Assembly: GCF_006345805.1 (NCBI RefSeq)
Contig: NC_043019.1
Coordinates: 13,143,360-13,207,359 of the forward strand
DNA from: Octopus sinensis
Taxonomy: Eukaryota
Direction: 5' to 3'
Length of the DNA stretch: 64,000 nucleotides
Positions 37,821-52,021 of the stretch are shown here, in pieces. Made by a program: the position numbers and the translations under genes. Position 1 is the first letter of the stretch. Each line of letters opens with the position of its first letter. A model generated the notes under the pieces. It saw only the letters and a list, made by a program, of their open reading frames with translations, did no database searches and was not told where the DNA came from.

Positions 37821-38727
37821 ATGGGCTTCACATGTGTGTGTGAATGTATATGTCATATTAGTTATATCAATATAACCTAATTACAACATGTATACATGAA
37901 ACATGTATTACACCCATGTATGATATATCTGCCTAACATGGTTATATATGGTATCCAAATGTATCCTTTTTATAATATACAGTTATATTAAAACAATACG
38001 CTATATACTTCTTAGTTATATCATACACACACACACACACACACTCACATAGTTTATAGTTTTACATTTGTTAATAAGAAGAAAAATTAACGATGGAGAA
38101 ACACACTTAGAACATTTTGGACCAGAAGGCATACCGATGGCTGAGGTTTTTTTTCCCACCCCCCACGCTGCCTTCACATGTGCCTGCACGCTTAAGAGAG
38201 AAATGGAGAGAAATGAGGAGGGAGAGAGAGAGAGAGGGAGAGGGTGAGAGGCTCGCTCTGTATCACACAAACTCATATCTACAAGCTGTTGCGACCGCAT
38301 CTGCTAATTTTTCTTGCCGGTGCATTGCCGAGCAGCGATAAACATCGGCCCATTATATTAAGTACAATGCTTCGTTAGACAATCCTTTTGTTGGCTGATT
38401 GCAATTGAAGAACCGATTCAATACTTCGTTAAGTGCTATCTCCCTGCAAGCAAAGCACGAGTGAACACACAAACGCACACGCACTCACTCACACACTCAC
38501 AAACGCACACACACACACATACGCATAGTATTGAGCCGCTCCATCTGGGATCTTGGGATAAGATGCTTAAGAGCCAAGCTATCAATTGATACAGGGTATC
38601 TTCAGAAGAATTTCTATGCAACCAGAATTGGAAAAGGGAGTACATGATGGGTGTTTGAGCCAAATTTGGTTATTTAAAAAATTTTTTTTTATATCTCCTT
38701 TTTTCTTGAATAGCTTGCTGTATTGGT

Positions 38728-38889
38728 GTCTTGTCTTGCCTTGTCTTGAGACAGCATTCAGCCGGGGTGGGTAGAGCTGGCTTCATTCATCCTCAATACT
38801 GCATCTCTCACAAACGCCAACCAGTCCTGGCAGTTTGAGGCTAACGACGGCGTGATCTCCAACCACTTGAATATCTTGCGTTGTGAGAT
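38728..38889 (-). mobile_element. RTE-type LINE 3' end
   Basis: ISQRKIFKWLEITPSLASNCQDWLAFVRDAVLRMNEASSTHPG-stop followed by a (CAAGA)-like tail. Confidence 0.65.
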
Positions 38890-39422
38890 TTAAAAATAGT
38901 ACTTTTCTAAGTTATAAATCACTGACTAGTTGTCATTTTAAAAACTATATTTTGAACGTGAATTTGGCAGTGCCGCCTCTAACCAAACAATTATTCTGTG
39001 CTGATGAAGAGAAATAACCCAGGAATCACGAAACACAAATATTGTTTTGAGCTGAGTGCGGGTGCTAGATTCCTTTGTTCGAAAATATAAGGACACAGAT
39101 CATAAAATACAGCCAGCTGGAGACGATGTCTCCTGGGGATAAATTACAGCAACATTCATCCTAAACCTGGACTACCATGTTATGTTGGCAAACAATCTTT
39201 ACTAAAACTTTCCAGAAGCTTATCATTTAAGTATATATGCCCATGTCTAGACATGCAACTATATGCATGAAAATACATGCATATTTCAGAACATACAAAT
39301 TTACACACATATGTATATATACATACATACATAAAAAAAACACCCTGTTGATGTTGTTGAAATTCCAGTGAAGGAACCTTAGATCTAGGTTAGGAACCAG
39401 CTCTCTCCTTATTGACAAGAAA

Positions 39423-39815
39423 TCTATATTTATAAAGCTGAAGTTGTCTGTGTATGGCAGGTTTGGTAGCCTTCAACTAACACTATCTCCTCCGAGACCC
39501 TGTGGCGCAAGTTGACCAAAATTGAGAGTATGATAGAAGAAGGCTTGCTCTTCATTCTGTAGAAGATAAAATTCAAATCGGACCATGTTAACACCAAAAA
39601 TTATTTACATCAAAAAGGTGCTTTTTTTTCTATGAAAATCCCTATTTTTTTACGATACTTTGACTGATGTGTCGCTGTTTTTTCAGTGTATTTCAACCAG
39701 AAAAATGTTCACTTAAAGAGAATAACAAGCTGCATAATGCAGAATTTTTACTTTTCAAAATTTCCAATTCTTAAGGGCCGAAGCAAACCCGAGCAACGCC
39801 GGGCGATACTGCTAG
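39423..39815 (+). mobile_element. Non-autonomous Helitron
   Basis: A|TCTATATTTATAAAGCTGAAGTTG...cccgagcaacgccgggcgatactgCTAG|T. Confidence 0.8.
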
Positions 39816-40367
39816 TCTTGATATAAAACTGAATGATGACATACATACACACATTACCTCATTAGTAAATTCCTGTCCAGTCGTCCATGTTAACTTGGAT
39901 TAAATTGCTTTTGTAAGTAAAAAAGAAAAATCAGTCATTTACACTTTGGAGTGGGAAAGTGTAATTTCTTTTTATTGTTTTCTTGATTTTTAAAAAAAGA
40001 TTCTATTAGTTTTTATTATTTTTTTATTCTCTCACAATCAGGTGTCTCTTTTAATAATGACCAATCAAGTGTGATCAGATTAGATATAGTATATTACAGC
40101 TGCCTGTCCAATCGCGGTTGACTGGGTTTATTAACTGAATATTATTACAGCTGCTGGTGCTTCTGATGATGTCTTTAATATTCGAAAACCCATAGTCATA
40201 GTGCTTACACCACCCCCTACAACAACTACAACGACAATGCAAAAAACCTTTGGACCTCAGAGTGATTAGGCTAGACATTTAACTTCCAAATGAGCAGATC
40301 TTTTCCTCTGCGCCATGGAGGAGAAAAAGTGTCACCTACATATATTCATATATATATATATATATAT

Positions 40368-41186
40368 ATCTGTAAATGTAATATGTGACAATTATCCGGT
40401 AGCCATGATAAAATTCCGAGTTTCGGATGTCTAGGTGGAAAAACTCGGAGTTTTATCTTGGCTACCGAATAATTGTCACATATTAGATTTACAGATAAAT
40501 TCCTCTATTTACATAATATCGAGGTCTCTTTCTTTCTTTTGTTGTCTTACGGTTTTATCAATATATATATATATATATATATCTGTAAATGTAATATGTG
40601 ACAATTATCCGGTAGCCATGATAAATTCCGAGTTTCGGATGTCTAGGTGGAAAAACTCGGAGTTTTATCTTGGCTACCGAATAATTGTCACATATTAGAT
40701 TTACAGATAAATTCCTCTATTTACATAATATCGAGGTCTCTTTCTTTCTTTTGTTGTCTTACGGTTTTATCAATATATATATATATATCTGTAAATGTAA
40801 TATGTGACAATTATCCGGTAGCCATGATAAAATTCCGAGTTTCGGATGTCTAGGTGGAAAAACTCGGAGTTTTATCTTGGCTACCGAATAATTGTCACAT
40901 ATTAGATTTACAGATAAATTCCTCTATTTACATAATATCGAGGTCTCTTTCTTTCTTTTGTTGTCTTACGGTTTTATCAATATATATATATATATCTGTA
41001 AATGTAATATGTGACAATTATCCGGTAGCCATGATAAATTCCGAGTTTCGGATGTCTAGGTGGAAAAACTCGGAGTTTTATCTTGGCTACCGAATAATTG
41101 TCACATATTAGATTTACAGATAAATTCCTCTATTTACATAATATCGAGGTCTCTTTCTTTCTTTTGTTGTCTTACGGTTTTATCAA
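40368..41186. repeat. Four tandem 206-213-bp units, each a 56-bp-arm hairpin plus tail, separated by (TA)n
   Basis: Units start at 40368, 40581, 40787 and 40994; unit 1 arms 40368-40423 and 40441-40496. Confidence 0.95.
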
Positions 41187-42627
41187 TATATATATATATT
41201 TTGAAAGAGAGTCTGACTCTGTTTCAATAAAAAAAAAGTACCCACCCTTTCTGTCTGTCCTTCTTTTTTCTTTTTGTCTGTCTCTCTGTCACTTTCATCA
41301 GCTTCTGTCTGTCTGTCTGTCTCTCCCCCTCTCCCAATAAAGAATCCCCCCCCCCCCCGCCTCATTTACACCACTTCATTTTGCCACATTAATCTTTCTG
41401 TCCGGGACCCACTTATTTAAAGATGTGTTTTCGATATTTTCTTGAACCAAACCGTTTTTCATCTAGCACAGGTTGTAATTAATTAAAAACCATCATTAGC
41501 ACCACATTCACCAACACCTCCACCGCTACCACCACCACCACTGTCACCGCCACCATTGTCTAACATTGTTGTTGTTTTGTATAACATTATAGTTATCGAC
41601 ATCACTGATAATTAACAGGTATAGACACTAACACACATATACACACACACAGGTAGAATGGAATTAGTTCTGGGTGGGTACCAAAGGTAATTATTAGTTA
41701 AAAAAAAATGCCTTTATGTCAATAAATGGTCTTCCTGACAAACAAATCTATGTCTGCACATCACACGCGAGAACACATACATATACTGATACACACACAC
41801 ACACATATACATATCTGTACACACACATACATACACACACACATGTATGTATGCATACACATGTGTATGTAGATACGGTGGCTACTCATCACACACGCAT
41901 ACATATTTATGGTGACTGGACATCACACACACTGACACACACATATGCTGACACACATCTATACACATGCACACACACACACATACACACAGAACAAAGC
42001 CCCTTCCTCCTCACACACACACACACACAGAACAACCCCCACACAACACATACGTACACACAAAGCAGAACAACCTTCCCTCACACACAGAACAACCCAC
42101 ACTCACACAAAGACGAACAACACACACATACATGCGCACACACACACACATGCACACACACACACAAAGAATAAAGCCCCTTCCCCCACATACACACACA
42201 GAACAACAACCCCACACACACATACACACAATATCCACACCTTCCTCCCATCATGACCACCACCACCTACACAAGCATTCATATCTTTATATACATTGAT
42301 TACTTTAATCTAGTTATCAGGTAGGTGTTGAGTCTGTAAAAAACACAACAGAAACAGCCCTCACCCTCCCCGAAAAAAACTTCCCAAAAAAACAAAACAA
42401 AAAACCCAGACTAACCCAGGAACTGGTATCTTAAAATGTCTAGCACCACAGTTGCCAGTCCAGTCATTGTTTACCACCTGTCTAATTAGTCAAACATCCT
42501 GAAACAACCTTCCTTTGTTGGATTATTAGCTTTGGGGGTGATGGAAGTCAAACAGATAGGCCAGAGACAGATAACCTAACCAGCTGACCCTTCCCAAGTA
42601 CATATGTCAGATAACAGTGTGTGTATA

Positions 42628-43022
42628 TCTCTCTCTCTATATATATATATATAGCTGAGGTTGTCTGTCTGTGTATGGCAGGTTTGGTAGCCTTCAACTA
42701 ACACTATCTCCTCCTTGACCCTGTGACACAAGTTGACCAAAATTGAGAGTATGATAGAAGAACGCTTGCTCTTCCTTCTGTAGAAGAAAAAATTCAAATC
42801 GGACCATGTTAACACCAAAAATTATTTACATCAAAAAGACGCTTTTTTTCTATGAAAATCCCTATTTTTGACTCCTGTGTCGCCATTTTTCGGCGTATTT
42901 CAACCAGGAAAATGTTCACTTAAAGAGAATAATAAGCTACATAATGCAAAATTTTTACTTTTCAAAATTTCCAATTCTAAAGGGTTGAAACAAACCCGAG
43001 CAATGCCGGGCGATACTGCCAG
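42628..43022 (+). mobile_element. Non-autonomous Helitron (same subfamily as 39423-39815)
   Basis: Colinear with 39423-39815; 3' end cccgagcaatgccgggcgatactgCCAG|T. Confidence 0.75.
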
Positions 43023-43570
43023 TATATATATATATATATATCATCATCATCATCATCATTGTTTAACGTCCGCTTTCCATGCTAGCATGGGTTGGACGGT
43101 TCAACTGGGGTCTGGGAAGCCTTAGGTATATATATGTATATACATTGCAGCCATGCTGGAGCACCACCTTTAGTCAAACAAATCGACCCCAGGACTGAAG
43201 TCTCACCACAAGATTCAGTTCAATGTCATTTCCCAGCACCAACAGGAAGTAAATCGACAGATTTTAACTGCTATTTCTAGTGAATCAAACAACCACATAT
43301 ACACATTTCTCATCATCTCATCTAGAGGACACAGATTTGTGGTGCTGTGTGTTTTTTTTATGCTACCAAGTGAAAGATTTGTGTTTATCAGACCAAACTG
43401 TGACCTTCCTGATTTCTTCCACAGAAACCCCCTAGTATAATCGTTCCCATTGCCTCTGGTATTTAATTGGGTTTCCATGTGGCCATTGTAATTAATTCAT
43501 TTATCATTGTCATCATCATTATTATTATTATTATTATTATTACTATGATTATGATTATTATTATTATTAT

Positions 43571-43984
43571 TACTCTTTTTACTCTTTTACTCTTTTACTT
43601 GTTTCAGTCATTTGACTGCGGCCATGCTGGAGCACCGCCTTTAGTCGAGCAAATCGACCCCGGGACTTGTTCCTTTGTAAGCCTAGTACTTCTTCTATCG
43701 GTCTCTTTTGCCGAACCGCTAAGTGACGGGGACGTAAACACACCAGCATCGGTTGTCAAGCAATGCTAGGGGGACAAACACAGACACACAAACACACACA
43801 CACATATATATATATATACATATATACGACAGGCTTCTTTCAGTTTCCGTCTACCAAATCCACTCACAAGGCATTGGTCGGCCCGAGGCTATAGGAGAAG
43901 ACACTTGCCCAAGATGCCACGCAGTGGGGCTGAACCCGGAACCATGTGGTTGGTTAGCAAGCTACTTACCACACAGCCACTCCT
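43571..43984 (-). mobile_element. Composite CORE-like tRNA SINE
   Basis: Reverse complement of the 22181-22563 family. Confidence 0.85.
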
Positions 43985-43997
43985 GCACCTTACTATG

Positions 43998-44035
<38 letters not shown>

Positions 44036-44469
44036 CATTATTATTATTAATGTTACGTTTTCGTTCTGCCAGTAAGCAACTGCGGAATTAAAAGCGATTT
44101 ACTCCCTACCCCAACCCCTGCGCTGCTGCTAACGTCAACCCAAGGCAATGTTTGGGATATTAATTAATAATATGCACCAATTAGTGCCAAAGTACTGGTG
44201 TGTGTGTGTGTCTCTGTGTTTTATGGCAGTCAGACTGGATGTGAAATACTGGCTGGATTTCAGTGGTGACGTGTTTTGTGCTTCTTAAAACGCTCAAATG
44301 CAGAGTCACAGACACGGTTGCGTGCTTAAGAAGTTCGCTTCCCGTTCACGTGGTTTTGGGTTCCGTTCCACTGTGTGGAATGAAATTAGGTAATGGTGTT
44401 CCGCTAGAGCTGTTTCAGAAACCCCATCTAGCCCATACGAGCATGGCAATACAAGCAGAAAATGAGGTC

Positions 44470-44760
44470 ATTGATGGTGGTGGTTGTTGTGATGATGGTG
44501 GTGGTGATGGTGGTAGTCATGATGGTGGTGGTGGTGGTGATGATGGTGGTGATGATTGTGGTGGTGGTGGTGGTGTGGTGGTGGTGGTGGTAGTCATGAT
44601 GGTGGTGGTGGTGGTGATGATGGTGGTAGTCATGATGGTGGTGGTGGTGATGATGGTAGTGGTAGTGATGATGGTGGTGATGGTAGTCATGATGATGATG
44701 GTGGTGGTGGTGGTGGTGGTAGTGATGATGATGGTGATAGTCATGTTGATGATGATCTAG
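44470..44760. repeat. (GGT)n/(GAT)n array
   Basis: Directly visible. Confidence 0.9.
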
Positions 44761-45090
44761 TCACTGATATGTTACTCTTGTGTATATATATATGTATAGA
44801 TATCATGACCGGTTTATTTAAGGTGGTGAGTTGGCTGAGTCATTCGAGCATCATAAAAAAAGAAAAAGAAAAAAACAAAAAACTGTGCAAGCATTTCTTT
44901 TGGCTCTTTACGTTCTGAGCTCAAATCCCACCAAAGTCAACTTGGCCTTTTATCCTTTCAGGGTCAATAAAACAAGTGCCAGTTGAGCACTGCCCTGAAA
45001 TTGCTGGCCTTGTGCCAAACTTTGAAACTTATTATTGTGACCGCGTGTGTACTGTTGGCGATTTTTTTCCTCTGTCTTCCCTTCTCCTAT

Positions 45091-45125
45091 GTTTCCGAAA
45101 AAGAGCTCCGCTCGAAACATTAAAC
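45091..45125 (+). ncRNA. Decayed type I hammerhead motif
   Basis: GTTT CCGAAAA A GAGC-TCC-GCTC GAAAC ATT AAAC: stems I and II intact, core and triplet mutated. Confidence 0.5.
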
Positions 45126-45217
45126 CCTCCTTTCCTTCTTTCCTGAGCGTCCAATAATACTATATTTGTTCCACGTTCTCATGTTGTATTTTTTTGTGCT
45201 TTCATATTTGGATTAAC

Positions 45218-45263
<46 letters not shown>

Positions 45264-45369
45264 TAGATAGATATATATATAGATAGATAGATATACATAT
45301 ATATATATATATATATATAGTCCAACCCATGCTAGCATGGAGAACGGACGTTAAACGATGATGATATAT

Positions 45370-45411
<42 letters not shown>

Positions 45412-46219
45412 ATATGTGTGTGTGTGTCTCTGTGTGTTTGTCCCTACCACTGCTTAACAAGCAGCGTCGGTGTTTTTATGTCCCTGAAACACTAGCAGTT
45501 CAGCAAAAGATATCGATGAAAAAAAGCACCAAGCTTATTAACAAAGCAAGTGCTGGTGTTGATTTATTGGACTACAATAAAATTCAACAAAGTGTGCTCC
45601 AGCATGGCAGCAGTCTGAACCAGGTAAAACGTATAAGACTCTCGACGACGTCACCGGTGTTTTCTTCAGAAGGGGATTCAACTGCTGTTTATAGCATTTG
45701 GCCGAATGACCTAGTGTAGAGGAGGCCTGCCTTGTTTTTCTAGCATTTTCCATGTTTGTAAAGAATTTCATCTGTTATGCTGTCATTTGAATTCTTGGAG
45801 AGATTTATTGTTCGTTGGGAAGGAATTAGGAAGCGAGGGGGAGGAGCGGTGTTGTGGGGTGTGTGGGGGTGGTTGTACAGGTGAGTGGAATTCACTGTTT
45901 ACCGAGAAACAACATATTAACAATTCTGCGATTTATTCCTTATTTCTTTTTTTTTTCTTTCTCTCTGTCTTTTGTTTTGTTTTTTTTTTCTTGTAAATTT
46001 TTCCCTTTATTTCACAATAATGTAGGTCAATCATTTGGTTTTCCTTTTTTTTTTTTAATTCTTTACTGATTCATGGTGGCATCATCTCATCTCATCTCTC
46101 TTCTTCCTTTCATCTCTCTCTCTCTCTCTTTCTCTCTCTCCATCTTTCTTTTGCTCCTTATCATTCTGTCTTTCTTCCTCATGTGTGATCATAAATACAT
46201 ATTTGTGGATACCTCCATG

Positions 46220-47830
46220 TACGTATGTATGTGTGTATGTATATATGTAGTGTAATGTGTATGTATATATGTAGTGTAATATATATGTGTGTGTGTGTGG
46301 ATGTGTTCTTTTTCTTCACTTGTTTCAGTCACGTGTGTGTGTATGTATGTATGTGTGTATATATGTCTGTGTGTGTATGTATGTGTTTATATATATATAT
46401 ATATATAATTGTGTGTATATGTGTGTGTATATATATATATATATGTATGTGTGTCTATGTGTGTGTACATATATATATATTTGTATGTATATATGTATGT
46501 GTATGTATATATGTGTGTATATATATATGTGTATATATATATGTATGTATATATATGTGTATATATATATATATGTATGTATATATATGTGTATATATAT
46601 ATATGTATGTATGTATATGTGTATGTTTATATGTATATGTGTATGTATGTATATATATGTTTATATATGCATGTGTATATATATATATATGTGTATATAT
46701 ATATATATATGTATGTATGTATATGTGTATGTTTATATGTATATGTGTATGTATGTATATATATGTGTATATATGCATGTATATGCATATATGTATGTGT
46801 GTGTATACATATATCTGTGTGTAAATCTATTATATGTGTGTATTTATCTGTATGTATTCATATGTACACATGAAGGTGAATGTGATGTGTTTGTGTGTCT
46901 ATTTTTACAGGTGTGCACATGTGCATGCATGTTAGCAGCATGATAATGTGCAGCTATGTGTAAAAATGTGTGTGTTGATTTGTGTGTATGTGTGTGTGTG
47001 TGTGTGTTTATGCAGGTGTGAAGAAGATTTGTGTGTATGCGTATCTTAGGTACGTGCGTACAAATATATTTGCACGTGGGTGTGTGCATCGCGTATGCAC
47101 ATTGAAAAGAAGTCTGAGGTTGTATGTACTGTACGTTTGAGCATGTGTGCATACGTCTGAAGATATACATGCAGATGTTTGTGTTAGTGTGTGTGTCTGT
47201 GTGTGCAACAGGTTTGTGCATACATTTAGATATTACCGTGGCTGCGATGTGTGTTTGCGTGTGCCCGTTCGTGTGTGCAATAATGATGAGTAGCATAGAT
47301 GCATGTTCGCATGTATGGTTTTTTTTTTAGAATATGGAGAGGCATCTCTGCATGCGTATAGTTAAATATGCTTAAAGTACCTCTGTGTGCGTGCGTGCGT
47401 GTGCATGCGTTGCATGCAAGCATCTGCACATGCATGTCAGTTTTCTTTGTTCTTCTAGGTGAATGCTGCTTCTCGGAAGATTCTATTTTGGAATTCCCAG
47501 TGCTGTAGTTTGTTTGTGTGTGTATGCAAGTGTGCCTGTATGTATGTGTGCGTTTATGTGTATGTGTGTGTCTGTGTGTTTGTGCATATGTGTTTGTGAG
47601 TGTTTGTTGCTATATGTGTGTGTCTGCATGCCTATATTCTTGTGTGGGTTACAGGTGTACATGGGTGTATGTGCATGTGTATATATGTATGTGTGTGTGT
47701 GTTTGTGCATATGTGTTTGTGAGTGTGGGTTACAGGTGTACATGGGTCTGTGTGTATGTGCATGTGTATATATGTATGTGTGTATGGATAGCTATATATA
47801 TGTGTGTGTGTGTATGTGTGTATGCACATG
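46220..47830. repeat. Degenerate (TG)n/(TA)n array
   Basis: Directly visible. Confidence 0.9.
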
Positions 47831-48500
47831 GCTCAGTGGTTAGAACTTTAGGCTTACAATGATGAGGTAGTGAGTTCAATTCTTGGACCGGGCTGTGTTC
47901 AAATGACTGAAACAAGTAAAAGAGTAAAGAGTAAAGAGTATGATTCTGCCAGCACACCACCTTAATAACAACATCAACTGCCACAACAACAATAATAATA
48001 AAGATTTCAAATATTATGAGAGGATATAAGTCAATTACATCAATCCCCTAATGTTTCACTGGTACTTAATTTATCGACCCCTGAAAGGATCAAAGATAAA
48101 GTTGACCTTGGCAGAATTTGAAACCAACAATGATGATGATGATAATAATGTTTATGATGATGATGATGATAATAATAATAATCATAATGTTTATGATGAT
48201 AATGATGATAATAACAGTGATAACAATAATAGAGATGATAATGATGATAATAATATAATAATAACAATGATTTCTACTCTAGGCACAAGGCCCGAAATTT
48301 TTGGGTTGGAGGGCAGTCGATTAGATTGACCCCAATATGCAACTGATACTTAATTTATAGACCCCGAAAGGATGAAAGGCAAAGTCGACCATGGCGGAAT
48401 TTGAACACAGAATATAAGGGCGGACGAAATGCTGTTAAGCATTTTACCAGGTGTGCTAACGATTCTGCCAGCTCACCACCTTAATTACAATAATAATAAT

Positions 48501-48615
48501 AATGATGATGATGATGATAATTACAATGATAATAACAGTGATAACTATAATAGGGATGATAAAGATAATGGTGATTATCATAATAATAATAATAATAATA
48601 ATAATAATATCATCA

Positions 48616-48690
<75 letters not shown>

Positions 48691-49386
48691 CAATATTATT
48701 GTAATAGTGATAATAATAACAAGCAACCAAAAACCATCTGAAATGTGCAGATGAGAAAGAAGAAATTTCCGTGTGTCTACAATGTGAGAATCTTCCAAGA
48801 ATTTTCCTAACACGTATAATTGTCTCCTGTCATTAAATAAAATAAATAAATAAATAAATAAGTGTAATTTAAAAGGGGGGTGGGGTGGGAGTGAGGGGGG
48901 GGGAAGAGAAAGGGAGAGAGAAAAATATAAGTTAAAGAAGTAAAAAAAAAAAAGAGAAATTGAGAAAACAAAATCAACAAATACGAAACTACCTTCAACA
49001 GCATACAACAATAATAATGATAATGATAATAATAATAATAAAATATAATAATAATAATAATGGTAATAATAATAATAATAATAATGATAATAAAATAATA
49101 ATAATGATAATAATAATAATAAATAATAATAATAATGGTAATAATAATGGTAATAATAATGAATAATAATAATAATGGTAATAATAATGGTAATAATAAT
49201 AATAATAGTAATGGTAATAATAATGATATAATAATAATGATAATAATAATAATGATGATAAATAATAATAATAATAATAATGGTAATATAATGGTAATAA
49301 TAATAATAATAATGATGATGATGATAATTACAATGATAATAACAGTGATAACTATAATAGGGATGATAAAGATAATGGTGATTATC

Positions 49387-49419
<33 letters not shown>

Positions 49420-49642
49420 TCATCATCATTATTATTATTATTGTTATTATTTTTGTTATTATTATGATTATTATTATTATTATTATATTATTATTATTAT
49501 CAATATTATTGTAATAGTGATAATAATAACAAGCAACCAAAAACCATCTGAAATGTGCAGATGAGAAAGAAGAAATTTCCGTGTGTCTACAATGTGAGAA
49601 TCTTCCAAGAATTTTCCTAACACGTATAATTGTCTCCTGTCA

Positions 49643-49674
<32 letters not shown>

Positions 49675-49809
49675 GTGTAATTTAAAAGGGGGGTGGGGTG
49701 GGAGTGAGGGAGAGAAAAAAATATAAGTTAAAGAAGTAAAAAAAAAAAAGAGAAATTGAGAAAACAAAATCAACAAATACGAAACTACCTTCAACAGCAT
49801 ACAACAATA

Positions 49810-49840
<31 letters not shown>

Positions 49841-49899
49841 TATTAATAATAATAATAATGGTAATAATAATAATAATAATAATGATAATAATAATAATG

Positions 49900-49932
<33 letters not shown>

Positions 49933-50049
49933 GTAATAAAAATGATAATAATAATAATAATAATAATAATGGTAATAATAATGGTAATAATAATAATAAT
50001 AGTAATGGTAATAATAATGATAATAATAATAATGATAATAATAATAATG

Positions 50050-50080
<31 letters not shown>

Positions 50081-50156
50081 GGTAATAATAATGTAATAAT
50101 AATAATAATAGTAATGGTAATAATAATGAATAATAATAATAATGATAATAATGATG

Positions 50157-50195
<39 letters not shown>

Positions 50196-50410
50196 GTAAT
50201 AATAATGGTAATAATAATAATAATAGTAATGGTAATAATAATGATAATAATAATAATGATAATAATAATAATGATGATAATAATAATAATAATAATAATA
50301 ATAATGGTAATAATAATGGTAATAATAATAATAATAGTAATGGTAATAATAATGATAATAATAATAATAATAATAATGATAATAATAATAATAATATAAT
50401 GGTAATAATA
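48501..50410. repeat. (AAT)n-rich region containing an ~810-bp tandem duplication
   Basis: Unique core aagcaaccaaaaaccatctg... occurs at 48721 and 49531. Confidence 0.9.
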
Positions 50411-51406
50411 GCTGGATCGATTCTGTTGTAACAAAAATATGGTCCAGTGGAGAATTATAGGAATATAATATATATATTGGCCGAGAATTAAAAACAAAAT
50501 ATAAGGCTGGGAGGGGGTTAAAATGTAAATAAAAAAAATAAGTAAAACAAACCCCCCCCAACAAAGTCTGCGTAAATAATTGCCCAATTAACGAACGAGC
50601 AATCTTTAATTTCTTCAGAAAGTAGTTCTAATCATTGCTATTATCTGTGAAATTTTAAACTCGGTTCTGCATCGTTCTTCAAATTAACTTCGGCTTCTAT
50701 TTAGTTGTGGAGGATAACTTGGAATAGGGAGAAGAGGAAGAACGGTAAGGAAAGAAAGAAAGAAAGAAGGAAAGAAAGAAAGATTCTTACTTCCTGTTGC
50801 TTCTTTGTAATTATTTATCCATTTAAGAGAGACAGTCGGTGATGGTTGTTGTTGTTGTTGTTGTTAAGGCGGTAAGCTGGCAGAATCGTTAGTACGCTGG
50901 GCGAAATGCTTAGCGGTATTTCGCCCCTCGTTATGTTCTGAGTTCAAATTCCGCTGAGGTTGACTATGCCTTTCATCCTTTCGGGGGCCGATTAAATAAG
51001 TACCAGTTACACACTGGGGTCGATATAATCAAGTTAATCTGTTTGTCTGTCCTTGTTTGTCCTCTCTGTGTTTAGCCCCTTGTGGGTAGTAAAGAAATAG
51101 GTATTTCGCTCCTCACTATGTTCTGAGCTCAAATTCTGCCGAGGTCGACGTTGCCTTTCATCGTTTCGGGGTCGATTAAAGAAGTACCAGTTACATGCTG
51201 GGGTCAATGTAATCGACTTCATCCCCTCCCCTAAGCTGCCCTTGAGGCAAAAATTTGAAAGCATTATTATTATTATTATTATTATTAAGGTGACGAGGTG
51301 GCAAAATCAATAGCACACTGGACAAAACGCTTTGTGATAGGCCCCTCCCACCTAATTTCAGGCCTTGTGCCTTTAGTAGAAAGGATTATTATAATTATTA
51401 TTATTA

Positions 51407-51443
<37 letters not shown>

Positions 51444-51789
51444 AAACTGAAATAGAATTCATGAGAAGTCTTTGTACCACATTTGAACTATGTGAAGGAA
51501 TTTGAGATTTTGGGTACACTACACACGATTTCTGCAAAAGTTTCCAATTGTCTCTTTTTTTTGTAGAAAGACTTTTCATGAATTCTATTTCAGTTTTTAC
51601 TTCACTATTTAACAAATAGGAATTCGAGATTTTATCTTGTTACTCATGAAATGCTTTATCTAAACCAACAGGAACAATTAGATAAATAACACCGGTTTTG
51701 AACTATGTACATACATACTCCAATATAAAATTCCATTTTGAACTGATGGATACCCCCCCCCCACACACACACCAAGAAACTAAAAAAAA

Positions 51790-51935
51790 ACAATTGGAAA
51801 CATGGTACCAGTGACCTCGCAACTCATTTCTACAACTGAGTGAACTGGACCGACGTGAAATAAAGTGTCTTGCTCAAGAGCACAACACACAGCCCAGTCC
51901 AGGAATTGAACTCCCAACTTCACGATCATAAGCAC
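51790..51935 (-). mobile_element. tRNA-derived SINE with gtgttgtgctcttgagcaagacac core
   Basis: Same family at 13906-13985 (+), 47830-47900 (head only) and 54690-54845 (-). Confidence 0.7.
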
Positions 51936-52021
51936 CTTCACTTTACATATATATATATATATTTCATTTTTGGATTTGGTTTGCAAGATTCTTTATATGA
52001 GTTTGTGTGTTGAAGCATGTT

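Noticed and set aside
40020-40330. Complex island with possible exon (AAGASDDVFNIRKPIVIVLTPPPTTT...), two CCAAT, two CAGCTG and a CTGATGA...GAAA string
   Set aside because: Short frame, no donor, no hammerhead stems; cannot choose between exon, enhancer and chance
40368-41186. CRISPR-like regular spacing, and the repeated MEKLGVLSWLP ORFs
   Set aside because: Units are identical throughout with no unique spacers or cas genes; the ORFs are by-products of the tandem repeat
43215-43478. 87-aa ORF containing NLCPLDE, possibly a PLE GIY-YIG remnant
   Set aside because: Similarity too faint to call without a profile search
45630-45675. CTGAAGA on the minus strand (also near 38600, and CTGATGA at 61049)
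   Set aside because: No matching GAAA or stems
45744-45886. Possible + strand exon ending CAG|GTGAGT; also AG|GTGAAT at 47457 and AG|GTGATA at 57515
   Set aside because: Isolated splice-like motifs with unconvincing coding content; expected at some rate by chance
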